This document shows, piece by piece, positions 10,308 through 20,448 of a stretch of DNA of 64,000 bases (the first letter of the stretch is position 1; every line of letters starts with the position of its first letter). The notes under the pieces are model-generated. The model ran no database searches. It was not told the DNA's origin and worked only from the letters and a program-made list of their open reading frames with translations. The translations under genes and the position numbers were made by a program. Source of the stretch: Nitrososphaeria archaeon (GTDB lineage Archaea; Thermoproteota; Nitrososphaeria; Geothermarchaeales; JDFR-13); NCBI GenBank assembly GCA_027078545.1, contig JALWXN010000004.1:320001-384000 (forward strand), in the 5' to 3' direction.

Positions 10308-10907
10308 ATGTTCTATAAGACCAAGGTCCAGGACATTGTAAACATTAAGCCGAGTATGTTCAAGATGGATCTCCAGGAGGCTGCTTGGAGGCAGCTCCTG
10401 GAGAAGTATGTGGGGGTGCCTGTGGATAAGCTTGGATACGTGATTATGGTTAGTAAGCCTAAGGTCGACCCCCTGGGCAAGGTTGTCTCTGAGGATGGTT
10501 CGTCAAACCATAAGGCTGAGTTCTATGTATACTCCTTCCTCCCTAGGAGGGGGGAGATTGTCGAGGGTGTGGTGGTGGAGATACAGGACTTCGGGATATT
10601 TGTAAGGATAGGTAATGTCGACGCCTTCGTCCACAAGTCGTGGATAATGGGTGATGATAGGGTTGTTATAAACAAGTTTGAGAAGGTTGTGATTGGGGAG
10701 AAGACCAGGAAGACCCTTAGGGTCGGTGATGTTGTTAGGGGTAGGGTGGCCGACGTGGCTATCCCGAGGAAGAATATGTTGATGAAGATTGCTCTTAACC
10801 TGAAGGATAGGTATCTGGGTAAGCTTGAATGGATATATGAGGAGTTGGGTGAGAAGCCTAAGGGTGGTGTGGATGAGGCGGGAGAGAAAGAGGTTCAAGG
10901 CGTGTAG
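10308..10907 (+). CDS. rpo7: RNA polymerase subunit Rpo7 (RpoE')
   Basis: S1 domain GEIVEG.V..I.DFGIFV.IG, C-terminal LGKLEW. Confidence 0.93.
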   Translation: MFYKTKVQDIVNIKPSMFKMDLQEAAWRQLLEKYVGVPVDKLGYVIMVSKPKVDPLGKVVSEDGSSNHKAEFYVYSFLPRRGEIVEGVVVEIQDFGIFVRIGNVDAFVHKSWIMGDDRVVINKFEKVVIGEKTRKTLRVGDVVRGRVADVAIPRKNMLMKIALNLKDRYLGKLEWIYEELGEKPKGGVDEAGEKEVQGV

Positions 10908-11076
10908 GAAGTGTAAGGCCCTTAACAGCCATGACGCTCAGCAGTGCTGGAACTGTGGAGGAAATATATTCACCATCCATTGGGACGGCTTCGTCATGAT
11001 CCTCTCTGAGGAGTCGGCGGTTATGGAGGTACTGGGAGTGGATAAAGTGGGCTACTATGCGATTAAGATTATTTAG
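10873..11076 (+). CDS. spt4: Transcription elongation factor Spt4 (RpoE'')
   Basis: ACRKC...CWNCG zinc ribbon, W.G, YAIK; follows rpo7. Confidence 0.92.
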   Translation: MRRERKRFKACRKCKALNSHDAQQCWNCGGNIFTIHWDGFVMILSEESAVMEVLGVDKVGYYAIKII

Positions 11077-11596
11077 GGGGGCTAGATATGTATCCCCCAC
11101 GCCTAGGGCGAGGGAGTATCTCTCCAGGCCCCTAGGGAGGCTATACAGACCGGAGGAGCTGGAGGATCTGAAAGAGCTGGTAACAGGACTGGCTAGGGAT
11201 GGCACCCCAGTGGCTAGTGTGGGTGACCGTGTAACCCATACCCTCCTGGAGTGGGGCGTCGTACCAGATATAGCAGTGGTGGACTGTCTCGAGAGGAGGA
11301 GCCCGGTCAACCTCGTGGATCATAGGCTGTTCAGGCTCGTAGTCCTGGCTGAGAATCTACGTGGACGGGTGAACACGGCTATCCTCGACCTACTGGGCGA
11401 TGTCTGGCCTGAGAGGCCTGTCTTGATAAGGATTAGTGGGGAGGAGGACTTGGTGGGGGTTCCAGTCATCCTATTTATGCCTGAGTCGGGACATGTTTTA
11501 TACGGTCAGCCCCTGGAGGGGGTTGTCGACGTGGTTGTCTCGGCCCCCCTCAAGGAGGAGCTCCGTAGAATAGTCTTGGGTGAGGAGGGTGTTTGA
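11057..11596 (+). CDS. GTP-dependent dephospho-CoA kinase (DUF359 family)
   Basis: SVGD.VT, GEEDL, YGQP.EG motifs; conserved position after spt4. Confidence 0.88.
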   Translation: MRLRLFRGARYVSPTPRAREYLSRPLGRLYRPEELEDLKELVTGLARDGTPVASVGDRVTHTLLEWGVVPDIAVVDCLERRSPVNLVDHRLFRLVVLAENLRGRVNTAILDLLGDVWPERPVLIRISGEEDLVGVPVILFMPESGHVLYGQPLEGVVDVVVSAPLKEELRRIVLGEEGV

Positions 11597-12302
11597 GGCT
11601 CTGGGTAGTAGGGTAGTGATCAGCTATGACTCGGTTCTACAGGCTGGTATAAAACGTATATTGACCAAGGCGATGGTCTCTAAGGGTTTTGAGAAGGTCT
11701 TCGAGCTGGCTAAGATACTGGAGGAGATCGCTAATGACTCTGGCCTCAAGTATTACCCCCCGGTTATCGTACTGCCTGAGGCCCGTATCGTTGAGCATAG
11801 GGAGGAGGCCATCGCCATCCTATATGCGAATGTGACCTATAAGGTGTGGGGGGATAGGCTACAGCCGGTCATCGAGACCTATCTACCCCTACTCCTCTAT
11901 GGTAAGGCCCAGGTTCTTAGGGCCATATTTGTCCATGAGTTTCTCCACTATGTCTACCTCGCGATTAAGTATCTGAGGGAGGAGCATCTGGTTACCCTGG
12001 ATATATATACCTCGAGCCTCTCTGGCAAGGTCTTTATAGACGAGGTGTATCAGGTGAGGCCTGAGATGGTCTTCTCCTCTCCTAAGTATGTCAGGCTGAT
12101 GAATGACTATGACAAGATAGTTAATAGGTCGAGGATCGCCTACTCGATTAGGAGGAACTGGATAGAGAAGGGTAAGCCTACCAAGACGCTTGGGCCTAGG
12201 GATATGAGGGTGAATCTAAGTATGGAGGACTGGGCCTCGATATATTTCCCTGAGACCGTCTTGGCAAGGGTTAGGGAGTATATAGATGAGTATGTCGGGT
12301 GA
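11580..12302 (+). CDS. Conserved hypothetical protein with HEXXH motif (putative Zn peptidase)
   Basis: AIFVHEFLH; overlaps both neighbours (translational coupling); native composition. Confidence 0.7.
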   Translation: MRRVFEALGSRVVISYDSVLQAGIKRILTKAMVSKGFEKVFELAKILEEIANDSGLKYYPPVIVLPEARIVEHREEAIAILYANVTYKVWGDRLQPVIETYLPLLLYGKAQVLRAIFVHEFLHYVYLAIKYLREEHLVTLDIYTSSLSGKVFIDEVYQVRPEMVFSSPKYVRLMNDYDKIVNRSRIAYSIRRNWIEKGKPTKTLGPRDMRVNLSMEDWASIYFPETVLARVREYIDEYVG

Positions 12303-13884
12303 CCCCACCCTAGAGGAGCTTTGGTCAATAGTTGGTCGTAAGCCCTATGCGGTTGTCCAGTATGGGAGTAGGGTGGCTGGCTACGCCACGGAGACTAGTG
12401 ATTACGACTATATCTATGTTGTAGATGGATATAGGGATGGGATTAGGTATATCTATAGGGATGTTAGGGGGCTCAACACCTCTATCCTCGTTGTTGATAA
12501 GCAGTTCTTCGAGGAGGATGTCCTCCTGGCTAAGCATGGGGAGTTCGTGGCTGGCAGGCTCTATGGGGTCTATAGGCCTATACATAACCCAGGCTATATA
12601 CGTAGGATGGAGGTCCTGCTTAAGAGGAGGGCGGTCCTGGAGGAGCTTAGCCTCCTTAAGATGCGTTATGGAGGCTTCCTGGCCTATATGGAGATACCGC
12701 TTAAATACTTCCTCCTGGCCAGGCTCTGGAAGAGGATAATGGCGTATCCCCCGGTCAGGTATAGCTACTACAAGATGTTCTATGGGCCTAGGGGGAGTGA
12801 GAATACCGAGGCTAGTCTCAGGGGGTTTGAGGAGGCCTGTATAGAGTTTGCTGACGAGGGCTTCTTTAGATACAGCTCAGGAATAGTCTCTGAAGTGGAT
12901 TATGAGAGGATACCATCCAACTTCCTAGACGTTGTTAGGCTCGGTCTACGCGGCGTCTCGATGTACTATACCCATGGCCGCTCCGCCTCTGTGGGTGTCG
13001 AGGTATTCCTTGAGGAGGTTAGGAGTAAGATTAGGCGGGGCGGGGAGAGTATGCGTATACCCAGGGAGCTGGAGAATCCCGACATCCTCCTCCGTCTAAG
13101 GGGATGCTTCTTCACGGTGGAGGATATAGACCTTGAGACCCTCGTCAAGGTCCTATATGGGTCTGACGCAGAGGTTGTGGGGCAGGAGCATGGGGGCCTC
13201 CTGAGCAGCCTTGACATAGTGGAGGTTGCTCGTGGCTCTGAGCGTTTCAAGGTCGTTGTTAAGAGGTTCCCCCTCTACAGCACATTGCTGAAGTGGATCT
13301 GGATCTATACATGGCTTCTGGGCTACAAGTCCTTTGAGGTGGAGCCCGGTGCAAGGATGTTCCGTGAGTTCCACGGCCTAAACATACTTAGGAGGCTGGG
13401 GATAAGGGTTCCCCGGGTATACGCCGTCCTATGGTCGGAGAAGATGTTGGTGGAGGAGTTTATCGAGGGTGAGAGGCTGGACAGGACTGGTGACTATAGG
13501 TTCTTCTCGGAGCTTGGGCGTATACTGGCGAGGATACATTCCAGGCTGGGCGTGTCGGTTGGAGATACGAAGCCCCAGAACATGATAGTGAGTGGTGATG
13601 ATCTCTACATAATCGATCTCGAGCAGTTCGCCACCGATGATAGGATGGAGTGGGACCTGGGGGAGGCGATCCTATACAGCTTTATACTTGGTAGGCGTAG
13701 GGGTGAGGAGGAGCGGATAATGGGGGCGATCCTGAGGGGATATCTGGAGGAGTGTGGAGAATGTATGGATAATGTGAAGAATATCCTTAACCCCAGGATC
13801 CTACTCGCCTTCCTACCAATCGTCCCGGTTACGGTCTTCCTAAAGCTTAGGAGGGTTATACATAGCCTCGTGACTAGGACTTGA
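12286..13884 (+). CDS. Pol-beta-type nucleotidyltransferase fused to a protein-kinase-like (Bud32/Kdo/APH) domain
   Basis: N-term [13 protein letters not shown] (GS..DxD); C-term VVVKRF, EEFIEG, H..G...[12 protein letters not shown]. Confidence 0.8.
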   Translation: MSMSGDPTLEELWSIVGRKPYAVVQYGSRVAGYATETSDYDYIYVVDGYRDGIRYIYRDVRGLNTSILVVDKQFFEEDVLLAKHGEFVAGRLYGVYRPIHNPGYIRRMEVLLKRRAVLEELSLLKMRYGGFLAYMEIPLKYFLLARLWKRIMAYPPVRYSYYKMFYGPRGSENTEASLRGFEEACIEFADEGFFRYSSGIVSEVDYERIPSNFLDVVRLGLRGVSMYYTHGRSASVGVEVFLEEVRSKIRRGGESMRIPRELENPDILLRLRGCFFTVEDIDLETLVKVLYGSDAEVVGQEHGGLLSSLDIVEVARGSERFKVVVKRFPLYSTLLKWIWIYTWLLGYKSFEVEPGARMFREFHGLNILRRLGIRVPRVYAVLWSEKMLVEEFIEGERLDRTGDYRFFSELGRILARIHSRLGVSVGDTKPQNMIVSGDDLYIIDLEQFATDDRMEWDLGEAILYSFILGRRRGEEERIMGAILRGYLEECGECMDNVKNILNPRILLAFLPIVPVTVFLKLRRVIHSLVTRT

Positions 13885-14065
13885 ACTCTGTATAGCCACA
13901 CTTTCCACAGCTATATCTGTCGGGGTGCTCAGCCATGAACACGCCTCTCCCGCAGCGGGGGCAGAAGCGGCGGAGCCTCTTCAATGTACCGTCGCTGACT
14001 GTGTAGAAGCTCCAGACCTTTGGGCTGGGCCTCTTCCTCCTAGGCTTGGGATTCTTCTTCGCCAA
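13874..14065 (-). CDS. rps27ae: 30S ribosomal protein S27ae
   Basis: [20 protein letters not shown]. Confidence 0.96.
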   Translation of the reverse strand: MAKKNPKPRRKRPSPKVWSFYTVSDGTLKRLRRFCPRCGRGVFMAEHPDRYSCGKCGYTEFKS

Positions 14066-14351
14066 GGCTGATCACCTTCCCCCTCTTGGTAGGCTCTATC
14101 GTAGACCAATCAATCCCGCCTGGATAGTAATAAATCAGGGCCTCCGACCTATTCGTCCCTGTATAGGTCTTTATCCAGGCTATAAATGTCTTCTCTGGCT
14201 CGAGGCCCAGCCTCTCGACTAGGAACTTGGCTATCTCCTTCCTACCTGGTGTAGCCTCGCCTGTATGTTCTATCCGGAGGAGTATCTCACGCCTATCGAT
14301 GAATGGGTTATCCCTCTCTATAGCCACCTCAATATTCATTTCAAAAATCAT
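14040..14351 (-). CDS. rps24e: 30S ribosomal protein S24e
   Basis: [17 protein letters not shown]; directly upstream of rps27ae. Confidence 0.9.
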   Translation of the reverse strand: MIFEMNIEVAIERDNPFIDRREILLRIEHTGEATPGRKEIAKFLVERLGLEPEKTFIAWIKTYTGTNRSEALIYYYPGGIDWSTIEPTKRGKVISLGEEESQA

Positions 14352-14437
14352 GTGTATCCAGCGCTACCTATATAAAATATCCTGGGTGGTGTGACTGTCG
14401 GGTGACACAGAGGGGTAATACAAATTGTACCTAACCC

Positions 14438-14488
14438 TTAAATACTCCGGGAGTCGAATTTACGAGTACAACTATCTTGAAGGGGTGA
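14438..14488 (+). promoter_or_regulatory. TATA box (TTAAATA, 14438-14444) and Shine-Dalgarno (GGGGTGA, 14482-14488) of the surface protein gene
   Basis: Consensus-like archaeal elements at plausible spacing from ATG 14498. Confidence 0.55.
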
Positions 14489-14497
14489 TCATGCCCA

Positions 14498-17400
14498 ATG
14501 AATAGGCTGATAATACTGGCTGTCTTCACAGCCATACTCCTGCTCGGAGCACCGTTCTACAGCGCAGTCAACGTCTCAGCAGCGTCTAACCCCAATCCTG
14601 ATAAGGCAAAGGCGTGGTTCTACCCTGCAGCGGATCCAGTACCTTTAAATCTAGGTGACCCAGCGTCACAGATCAATCTATGGATCATGGAGACTAAGCC
14701 TGACAATAGTACGCTGGGAGGTCAGGGCGACTATATAAATAGGATAGAAGTGCTGCAGCCATTGGACACACCTTATACACTAGCAGGTGCAGAGATATAT
14801 GGATTCGACAACGAGACCAATACCTGGACACCAGTGTCAGGAGCTGGTGCGAATCTATGGCAGGTGACCACTATACTATCACTAGGGAATGTGCAGGGAT
14901 TCAGGTTCGATCTCCTAGGTTCACCTGGCTATCCATTTAACGGTTCACTAGACAACAGCACAATCGATGTATCATTTTACCCAGATCCGATATATGTGTT
15001 CGACGTGATTGTAGTGTCGATCCAGGTCCAGGGATATAACGATCCAGCGGCAGCATTAGCGGGTACTGTTGAGGAATGGATAGTAACGGTAAAATGGAAC
15101 TTCGGCGATTCAGCAGTTATCAGGGTTGATCACATAGTTGATAACAGCCCTGCTCAGGTACAGTTGACACCATACACCCAGAACCTCCTGAGCGCCGCCT
15201 GTATATCGACGCTGCAGTTCACCTTTAACGTATCAATAACCGACAATGTAGCGCAAGAGGGTATAAACGAGGCCTTCTACGGTTCCTATGCGTTGAATGG
15301 ATCACAGCTAAGATGGAACTTCCCCGCAGGCCCGATCACACTAGAGGACTTCACCGACCCCGTCAACTGGACTAGGGAGAACAGACCAATACTTTTCTGG
15401 GAGATAAACGCGTCATTGAAGAATGGCTATGACGCAACAACATGGCCTAACGGCCCATTCGACTTCGAGCCTAATAAGCCTCTTGGAGCAGGGACTGATC
15501 GGCGTGGAGCCAACCACTTCGTTACAGGGGACCAGCCAACTGACGTGACGTCACCGATCAATGAGTCAACTGAAGGGGAGGTAGGATATATCTGGGCGAT
15601 CTTGGTGGTGTACATCGAGGCATATACCTTCACTTATGGGCAGGTGAATTATACATGGATGAACAGGACTTACTATAAAGGATCAGGAATATTCGAGGCC
15701 AACATTAACCTAAACTTTGCATTCAAGGCTTCTGGTCCTGGTGGAGCACCAGCGACATTTGGAGGTCTATTTGGCCTGAACGCTGAGCTGATCTATGCGG
15801 ATCTTACATTCATACTGGCGGTCTACGATGGTACCCTAGACTATCATAGGGACTGGCCAATGTCTGATGGTGCGATTGGACTTCCTAATGACTATAATGA
15901 TACGGTATCCGCCCCGATAAGCCTGCTATCCCGTGATTGGTACAACTTCCGGCTAGAGATGTGGACAGCGAAGCTAGATGTGGAGAAGAATCCGATACAG
16001 GTCTGGCTAAACAATAATGCGATATCATCCAGCCCACTCCACACGATTGAGCCAGCACCAATACCTCCAGCACCTGCGCATAAGAATTACAGAACAGCAT
16101 TCTTTAATCTTACATGGATCTGGGATCCAGCGTATGGACCTGACCCAACGTTCCAGCTATGGAACGTCACTATACAGAGATGGGACGGCAGTAACTGGGT
16201 GACCGTGATAAGCCAGGTGGACACATTTGGACCAGCATCAGGACCGTTCACATTCCTCTTCGACATCATGAACTTTGGTACTGGTAACTACAGCATACAC
16301 ATCTTAATGCTCGACTGTGGCGGATGGGACTATGCGTATGACAATATTAAGTCTGCGTTCTTCCTCTCACCACAACATCAGAGATGGGAGTTCAACGTGA
16401 CATACTTCATGGTCGTATTCATTAACAACAATCCATATAGCCTATGGCGTCTAGGACCAGGTGCTTGGGAGGAGTTCTATCAGGACGAGTCCTTCCAGAT
16501 CAGTATCATGACCTTCGGCAATAAGAAGGATGGCTCACCACTAGACTGGACACAGTACGATGTCAATGCAACCATATCCCTGCAGATAGGTGCACCACCG
16601 GCAGTCGGTTCAACACCAGTATATACAATCAACATGGACAACCCAGTGGCTACGACACCGACCTACGCATGGTGGAACTTCACGGTGAATGCTACTGCTG
16701 ACCTAGGACAGGTGATAGGGATCTACAACGTGACAGCCTCATGGATGAATGTATCCACCACACCAACAAGTGTGGTAGACGACAACTTCAGTATACCGCC
16801 GCCACCACCGAATGAGGAGTCCACATTCATAATCAAGGCCAGGATCTTCCTACACTTCTGGGTATACGACGACATGTACTCCACTGGTGAGACAGCAACG
16901 TTCTTCGCTCACGTAGCGAACATTAACTGGCCAGCACCAGGCAGTGATGTGCCTGGCGCCCTAGTGGCATATGACGTCTATAGGGACGACAATGGTGTGC
17001 CGATGGCTACAGGCTTCGGCGTGACTAACAGCAGGGGCTTCGTGGTGCCATCGCTATACGGTGAGATAGTATTTGGTACCGAGATAGGTGATGACTGGGC
17101 TCCAGGCCTATACAACGTGAACGCCACTGCGTACTACACCCACTCACCAGGCTTCTGGTATGACCCGTTTATAGCTGGCTGGGTTAGAGTAAACGCAACA
17201 TCCATTGCAAGTGCGACTGACCAGTTCGAGGTATGGGTATTCAGAGATGAGAATATCACCGAGGGCTTCGACGACATATTCGCGGCATTGACAGGCCTCT
17301 CTGACGACATCGCCACACTGGCTGGGTCAGTCAACGACGTGCTAGACGTACTCAACAACGACGTGCTACCAGCGCTCAACGACATAATGGATCAGCTAGG

Positions 17401-17989
17401 CGGCCTATCCGACACCATCGCTGACCTCAACAATGCAGTGGCTGACCTACAGGACGCTGTGGCTAGCCTACAGGACACGGTCTCAGCACTCTCAGACATA
17501 CAGAACACCCTTGACGACCTGGTCGGCCAGGTAGGCGACATATCCAATGCTGTGGGTGACATACAGGACAGCCTAACAGATATACAGGGTATGCTAGGTG
17601 AGATATCCGACGCTGTTGGCGGTGTCTCTGACCAGCTAACAGCACTAGCTGGTGACGTGGCAGCACTCGCAGATGCTGTGGCCGATGTACAGGGTGCACT
17701 CGACGACCTAAGCGGAGCAGTTGACGGCATAGCTGGCGCCATTGACGACCTAAGCGGCGCTATCGACGACCTATCCGGCGCTATTGACAGCCTAGCAGGC
17801 GACGTGGCCGATGTCAGCAGCAAGGTTGACGACGTCAACAACAAGCTCAGTGATGTGGAGGCCAACCTTGGCGACAAGGTTGACAAGGCATTCGGCGACC
17901 TCAACAGCATGGCAATGATAACGATGGTACTGATCATCATAGCACTGGCAGTCTCAGCACTCACAGCCTTCAAGGTCTTTAAGTCCTAG
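14498..17989 (+). CDS. Large secreted, membrane-anchored surface protein (S-layer/stalk-like)
   Basis: N-terminal signal peptide; more than 20 N-x-S/T sequons; beta-rich Ig/MG2-like segments (Y.TGET); about 210-aa heptad coiled coil; C-terminal TM plus KVFKS. Confidence 0.8.
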   Translation: MNRLIILAVFTAILLLGAPFYSAVNVSAASNPNPDKAKAWFYPAADPVPLNLGDPASQINLWIMETKPDNSTLGGQGDYINRIEVLQPLDTPYTLAGAEIYGFDNETNTWTPVSGAGANLWQVTTILSLGNVQGFRFDLLGSPGYPFNGSLDNSTIDVSFYPDPIYVFDVIVVSIQVQGYNDPAAALAGTVEEWIVTVKWNFGDSAVIRVDHIVDNSPAQVQLTPYTQNLLSAACISTLQFTFNVSITDNVAQEGINEAFYGSYALNGSQLRWNFPAGPITLEDFTDPVNWTRENRPILFWEINASLKNGYDATTWPNGPFDFEPNKPLGAGTDRRGANHFVTGDQPTDVTSPINESTEGEVGYIWAILVVYIEAYTFTYGQVNYTWMNRTYYKGSGIFEANINLNFAFKASGPGGAPATFGGLFGLNAELIYADLTFILAVYDGTLDYHRDWPMSDGAIGLPNDYNDTVSAPISLLSRDWYNFRLEMWTAKLDVEKNPIQVWLNNNAISSSPLHTIEPAPIPPAPAHKNYRTAFFNLTWIWDPAYGPDPTFQLWNVTIQRWDGSNWVTVISQVDTFGPASGPFTFLFDIMNFGTGNYSIHILMLDCGGWDYAYDNIKSAFFLSPQHQRWEFNVTYFMVVFINNNPYSLWRLGPGAWEEFYQDESFQISIMTFGNKKDGSPLDWTQYDVNATISLQIGAPPAVGSTPVYTINMDNPVATTPTYAWWNFTVNATADLGQVIGIYNVTASWMNVSTTPTSVVDDNFSIPPPPPNEESTFIIKARIFLHFWVYDDMYSTGETATFFAHVANINWPAPGSDVPGALVAYDVYRDDNGVPMATGFGVTNSRGFVVPSLYGEIVFGTEIGDDWAPGLYNVNATAYYTHSPGFWYDPFIAGWVRVNATSIASATDQFEVWVFRDENITEGFDDIFAALTGLSDDIATLAGSVNDVLDVLNNDVLPALNDIMDQLGGLSDTIADLNNAVADLQDAVASLQDTVSALSDIQNTLDDLVGQVGDISNAVGDIQDSLTDIQGMLGEISDAVGGVSDQLTALAGDVAALADAVADVQGALDDLSGAVDGIAGAIDDLSGAIDDLSGAIDSLAGDVADVSSKVDDVNNKLSDVEANLGDKVDKAFGDLNSMAMITMVLIIIALAVSALTAFKVFKS
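17702..17790 (+). repeat. Imperfect 21-bp tandem repeats encoding (I/V)DDLSGA heptads
   Basis: gacgacctaagcgg.gc.at. units repeated in frame inside the coiled coil. Confidence 0.75.
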
Positions 17990-18004
17990 ATATCCCACCC
18001 ACCC

Positions 18005-18017
18005 TCTTTTTCTCTTT
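18005..18017 (+). terminator. Oligo-T terminator after the surface protein gene
   Basis: TCTTTTTCTCTTT about 15 nt after the stop. Confidence 0.55.
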
Positions 18018-18131
18018 ATATAAAATCCTCATATCGAAAAGCTTGTTCCCTAGATTGGATCTTCCTGTCTCATTAGGTATGGTGCCTAGGCACACCCCTT
18101 TTATTATCCTCCTGTTAGGATTCATGTTTAT

Positions 18132-18362
18132 ATGACTCCGAGGACTGCATACACGATAGTTGCGTTGATAGGCTTCATTATCGGGGTTGCGATATATCTA
18201 TTTGCTGCACTGGCAATCCCATACATTATTGAGGTGTTGCCACAGTTGGCGGAGATCTTCAGTAGGTATCATCACATCATCGGTGCTCTTCTCTCAGGGT
18301 TTGTCGGGAGTCTCGTGGCTGTATTGCTAGCCTATGTATGGGCTAGTAGGTCTGAGTTTTAG
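18132..18362 (+). CDS. Small two-TM membrane protein
   Basis: Two hydrophobic segments; fills an intergenic gap; TTTTATTA about 30 nt upstream. Confidence 0.7.
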   Translation: MTPRTAYTIVALIGFIIGVAIYLFAALAIPYIIEVLPQLAEIFSRYHHIIGALLSGFVGSLVAVLLAYVWASRSEF

Positions 18363-19639
18363 CCCCTCCTATAGTATCTCGATACCTTTATTACACCCTC
18401 CACATTATCCCTGGTCACCAGTCTCAGTGCGGTTCTATACCCATTCATCCTTAGCTCGTGGTCTATGCATACTAGGTATGGGTGTGGATAGTTGCTAAGC
18501 CTCTTAATAGTCCTGTCCAGCCCCTTCCTCGCCTCCCCATCCTCCCTTATCGTCAACTGTATGTGTACCATTCCTCCATAGGTGTCGGGCGTGATGTCTA
18601 GTGTTATGTTTGGGAGGAGGCTCTCCAACAAAGCCTTATAAAGCTTAAGCTTCTCCATGAGGGTGAGCCTGTCATAGTCTGTGAAGATCTGTTTGAGGAC
18701 CTTTGTTGTGGAGTCGTATACCAGCTTGTCGCCATCGCTATAACTTTCTAGGGCCGTCTCCGTCATGGTCTCCAACATCCTGTTAAGTGTCGCTAGTTTT
18801 CTGAGGGGTGTGAGTGGAGCCTCCAAGGGTATCTTGTTCGTTGCGTCGTAGAGGTCTATATAGTGCTTCAGTGGTGAGGAGTAGGTCCTGAAATTCTTTA
18901 TCAGTGTCTCTATGGTCTCGGCCACCCTCTGGTTTGTGAAGTGCAACGCCCTATCCTCGTCTAGGACTATCCCTTCCCGCTGGTCTGAGACCACATAGGT
19001 CTTTGTTATGGGGTCTGAGTCTGTTATGGAGAGGTCTGTATAGTAGTCTAGTTTTGCGTGTTGGAATAGGCCTCCCTCTATCATCCAGCTGACGAGCTGG
19101 ATCTTCACATCCTTTTTACTCACCTTCTTAATAACATCCTTCATCTCCCCGCCGCTGAAGAGGTCTATGTGGTGTGGTGATACTAGGAGGATGAGCTCCC
19201 TCTTACTGTTGGAGATTATTTCTCGGAGCAGCTCCTTCCTATCCTCGTTACCCACCTCCCATAGACTTATCTCCTTCTTCTCCCGTTTGAGGGAGGCCTC
19301 TGTATATCTCTTGTGGAGCTCCTGTATGGCTAGCTCCTGCCTCTGTATCCGGTTCTTACTCTCCTCTATCCTCTTGTAGAAGAGTTTTAGTGGGTCCTCC
19401 GCCCTCCACCTCCTCGGGTTCCCCTGTATCATCTTCGCGAATCCCTTATCCACCAGTGACTTCAGTATCCGGTATGTCTTCTCCCTCGCCACTCCTGATT
19501 CGCGTGCCACGTCGCTGGCCTTCGCCTCCCCAAGGGTTACCAGTGCGAGGTATACCTTCGCCTCATTCTTGGATAGCTGTAGCTCCTGGAGACGGGCGAC
19601 AATCTCCTCTTTTGATGTGGCGTCTCTAGCGTCTTCCAA
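18359..19639 (-). CDS. TrmB-family transcriptional regulator with extra C-terminal domain
   Basis: L.LS.NEAKVYLAL, A.DVA.ESGV.R.K.Y.IL.SL..KG wHTH, then effector domain; TTG 19639 has a strong SD (ORF track start 19669). Confidence 0.85.
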   Translation of the reverse strand: MEDARDATSKEEIVARLQELQLSKNEAKVYLALVTLGEAKASDVARESGVAREKTYRILKSLVDKGFAKMIQGNPRRWRAEDPLKLFYKRIEESKNRIQRQELAIQELHKRYTEASLKREKKEISLWEVGNEDRKELLREIISNSKRELILLVSPHHIDLFSGGEMKDVIKKVSKKDVKIQLVSWMIEGGLFQHAKLDYYTDLSITDSDPITKTYVVSDQREGIVLDEDRALHFTNQRVAETIETLIKNFRTYSSPLKHYIDLYDATNKIPLEAPLTPLRKLATLNRMLETMTETALESYSDGDKLVYDSTTKVLKQIFTDYDRLTLMEKLKLYKALLESLLPNITLDITPDTYGGMVHIQLTIREDGEARKGLDRTIKRLSNYPHPYLVCIDHELRMNGYRTALRLVTRDNVEGVIKVSRYYRRG

Positions 19640-19782
19640 GCCTCCTCCCCCCTCCAAAGGATATTTCAAGGGTGTGTGACTAAGATGCTTGTGTAACGGG
19701 ACACTGATGAAATAGGCACATGGCCTTAATAAATCGGCTCCACCCCCATCTAGTAGAATCTATTATCGCCGAGGTGTCCGGG

Positions 19783-20448
19783 ATGGTCGACTTTAGGGAT
19801 CTCTGGACCGGGAAGAAGGAGGGATTCGCCGACAGTATGAAGCGTGGACTGAAGCCGCAGCGCAACATCAGGCCGAAGATCGACAGCGCTATCAAGCTCC
19901 TCAACAAGCAGATCAATAAGCTCGACGCCTCCATAAGGAATCTGAAGCAGAAGGACCAGATCTACTTCGCGAAGGTTGTCCAGGCTATCAAGGATCACGA
20001 CAAGACTATGGCCACCCTTTATGCTAATGAGCTGGTCGAGATTAGGAAGGCTATTAGGACTCTTAAGCAGGCTAAGTATGCCCTGCAGAGCGTGGTTGTG
20101 AGGCTGCAGACTGTGCAGAACATAAGCGACGCGGCTGCCGAGGTACTGCCCGCTATGCAGGTGCTTAAGAATGTTAGGAGCATGATCTCCGTGATCATAC
20201 CCACTGTCGATGAGGGCTTCGCCCAGATCAACGATGTCTTTGAGAACCTGATATGGGAGGCTAGCCAGAGCAGCGACACAACAACATCTATAGCCACGGC
20301 TAGTGACGAGGCTCTGAAGATCATCCACGAGGCTGAGAAGAAGGCTAAGGAGGAGATGAGGCGGGAGCTGCCCGGTATACCTGAGGCTGTTGCCGAGTCT
20401 GAGGAGGGCTACGGCGAGAGTGGTGAGTATGGCGGCTTCCGCTTCTAG
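19783..20448 (+). CDS. cdvB: ESCRT-III/Snf7 protein, CdvB paralogue lacking the wH domain
   Basis: Helical core with A.LYANELVEIRK and L..V..RL.T; SD GAGGTG before ATG 19783. Confidence 0.9.
   Translation: MVDFRDLWTGKKEGFADSMKRGLKPQRNIRPKIDSAIKLLNKQINKLDASIRNLKQKDQIYFAKVVQAIKDHDKTMATLYANELVEIRKAIRTLKQAKYALQSVVVRLQTVQNISDAAAEVLPAMQVLKNVRSMISVIIPTVDEGFAQINDVFENLIWEASQSSDTTTSIATASDEALKIIHEAEKKAKEEMRRELPGIPEAVAESEEGYGESGEYGGFRF

Noticed and set aside
14389-14408. GTGTGAC-N6-GTGACAC near-palindrome sharing GTGTGAC with the cdv/TrmB region
   Set aside because: Short match with a different arrangement; cannot be separated from chance
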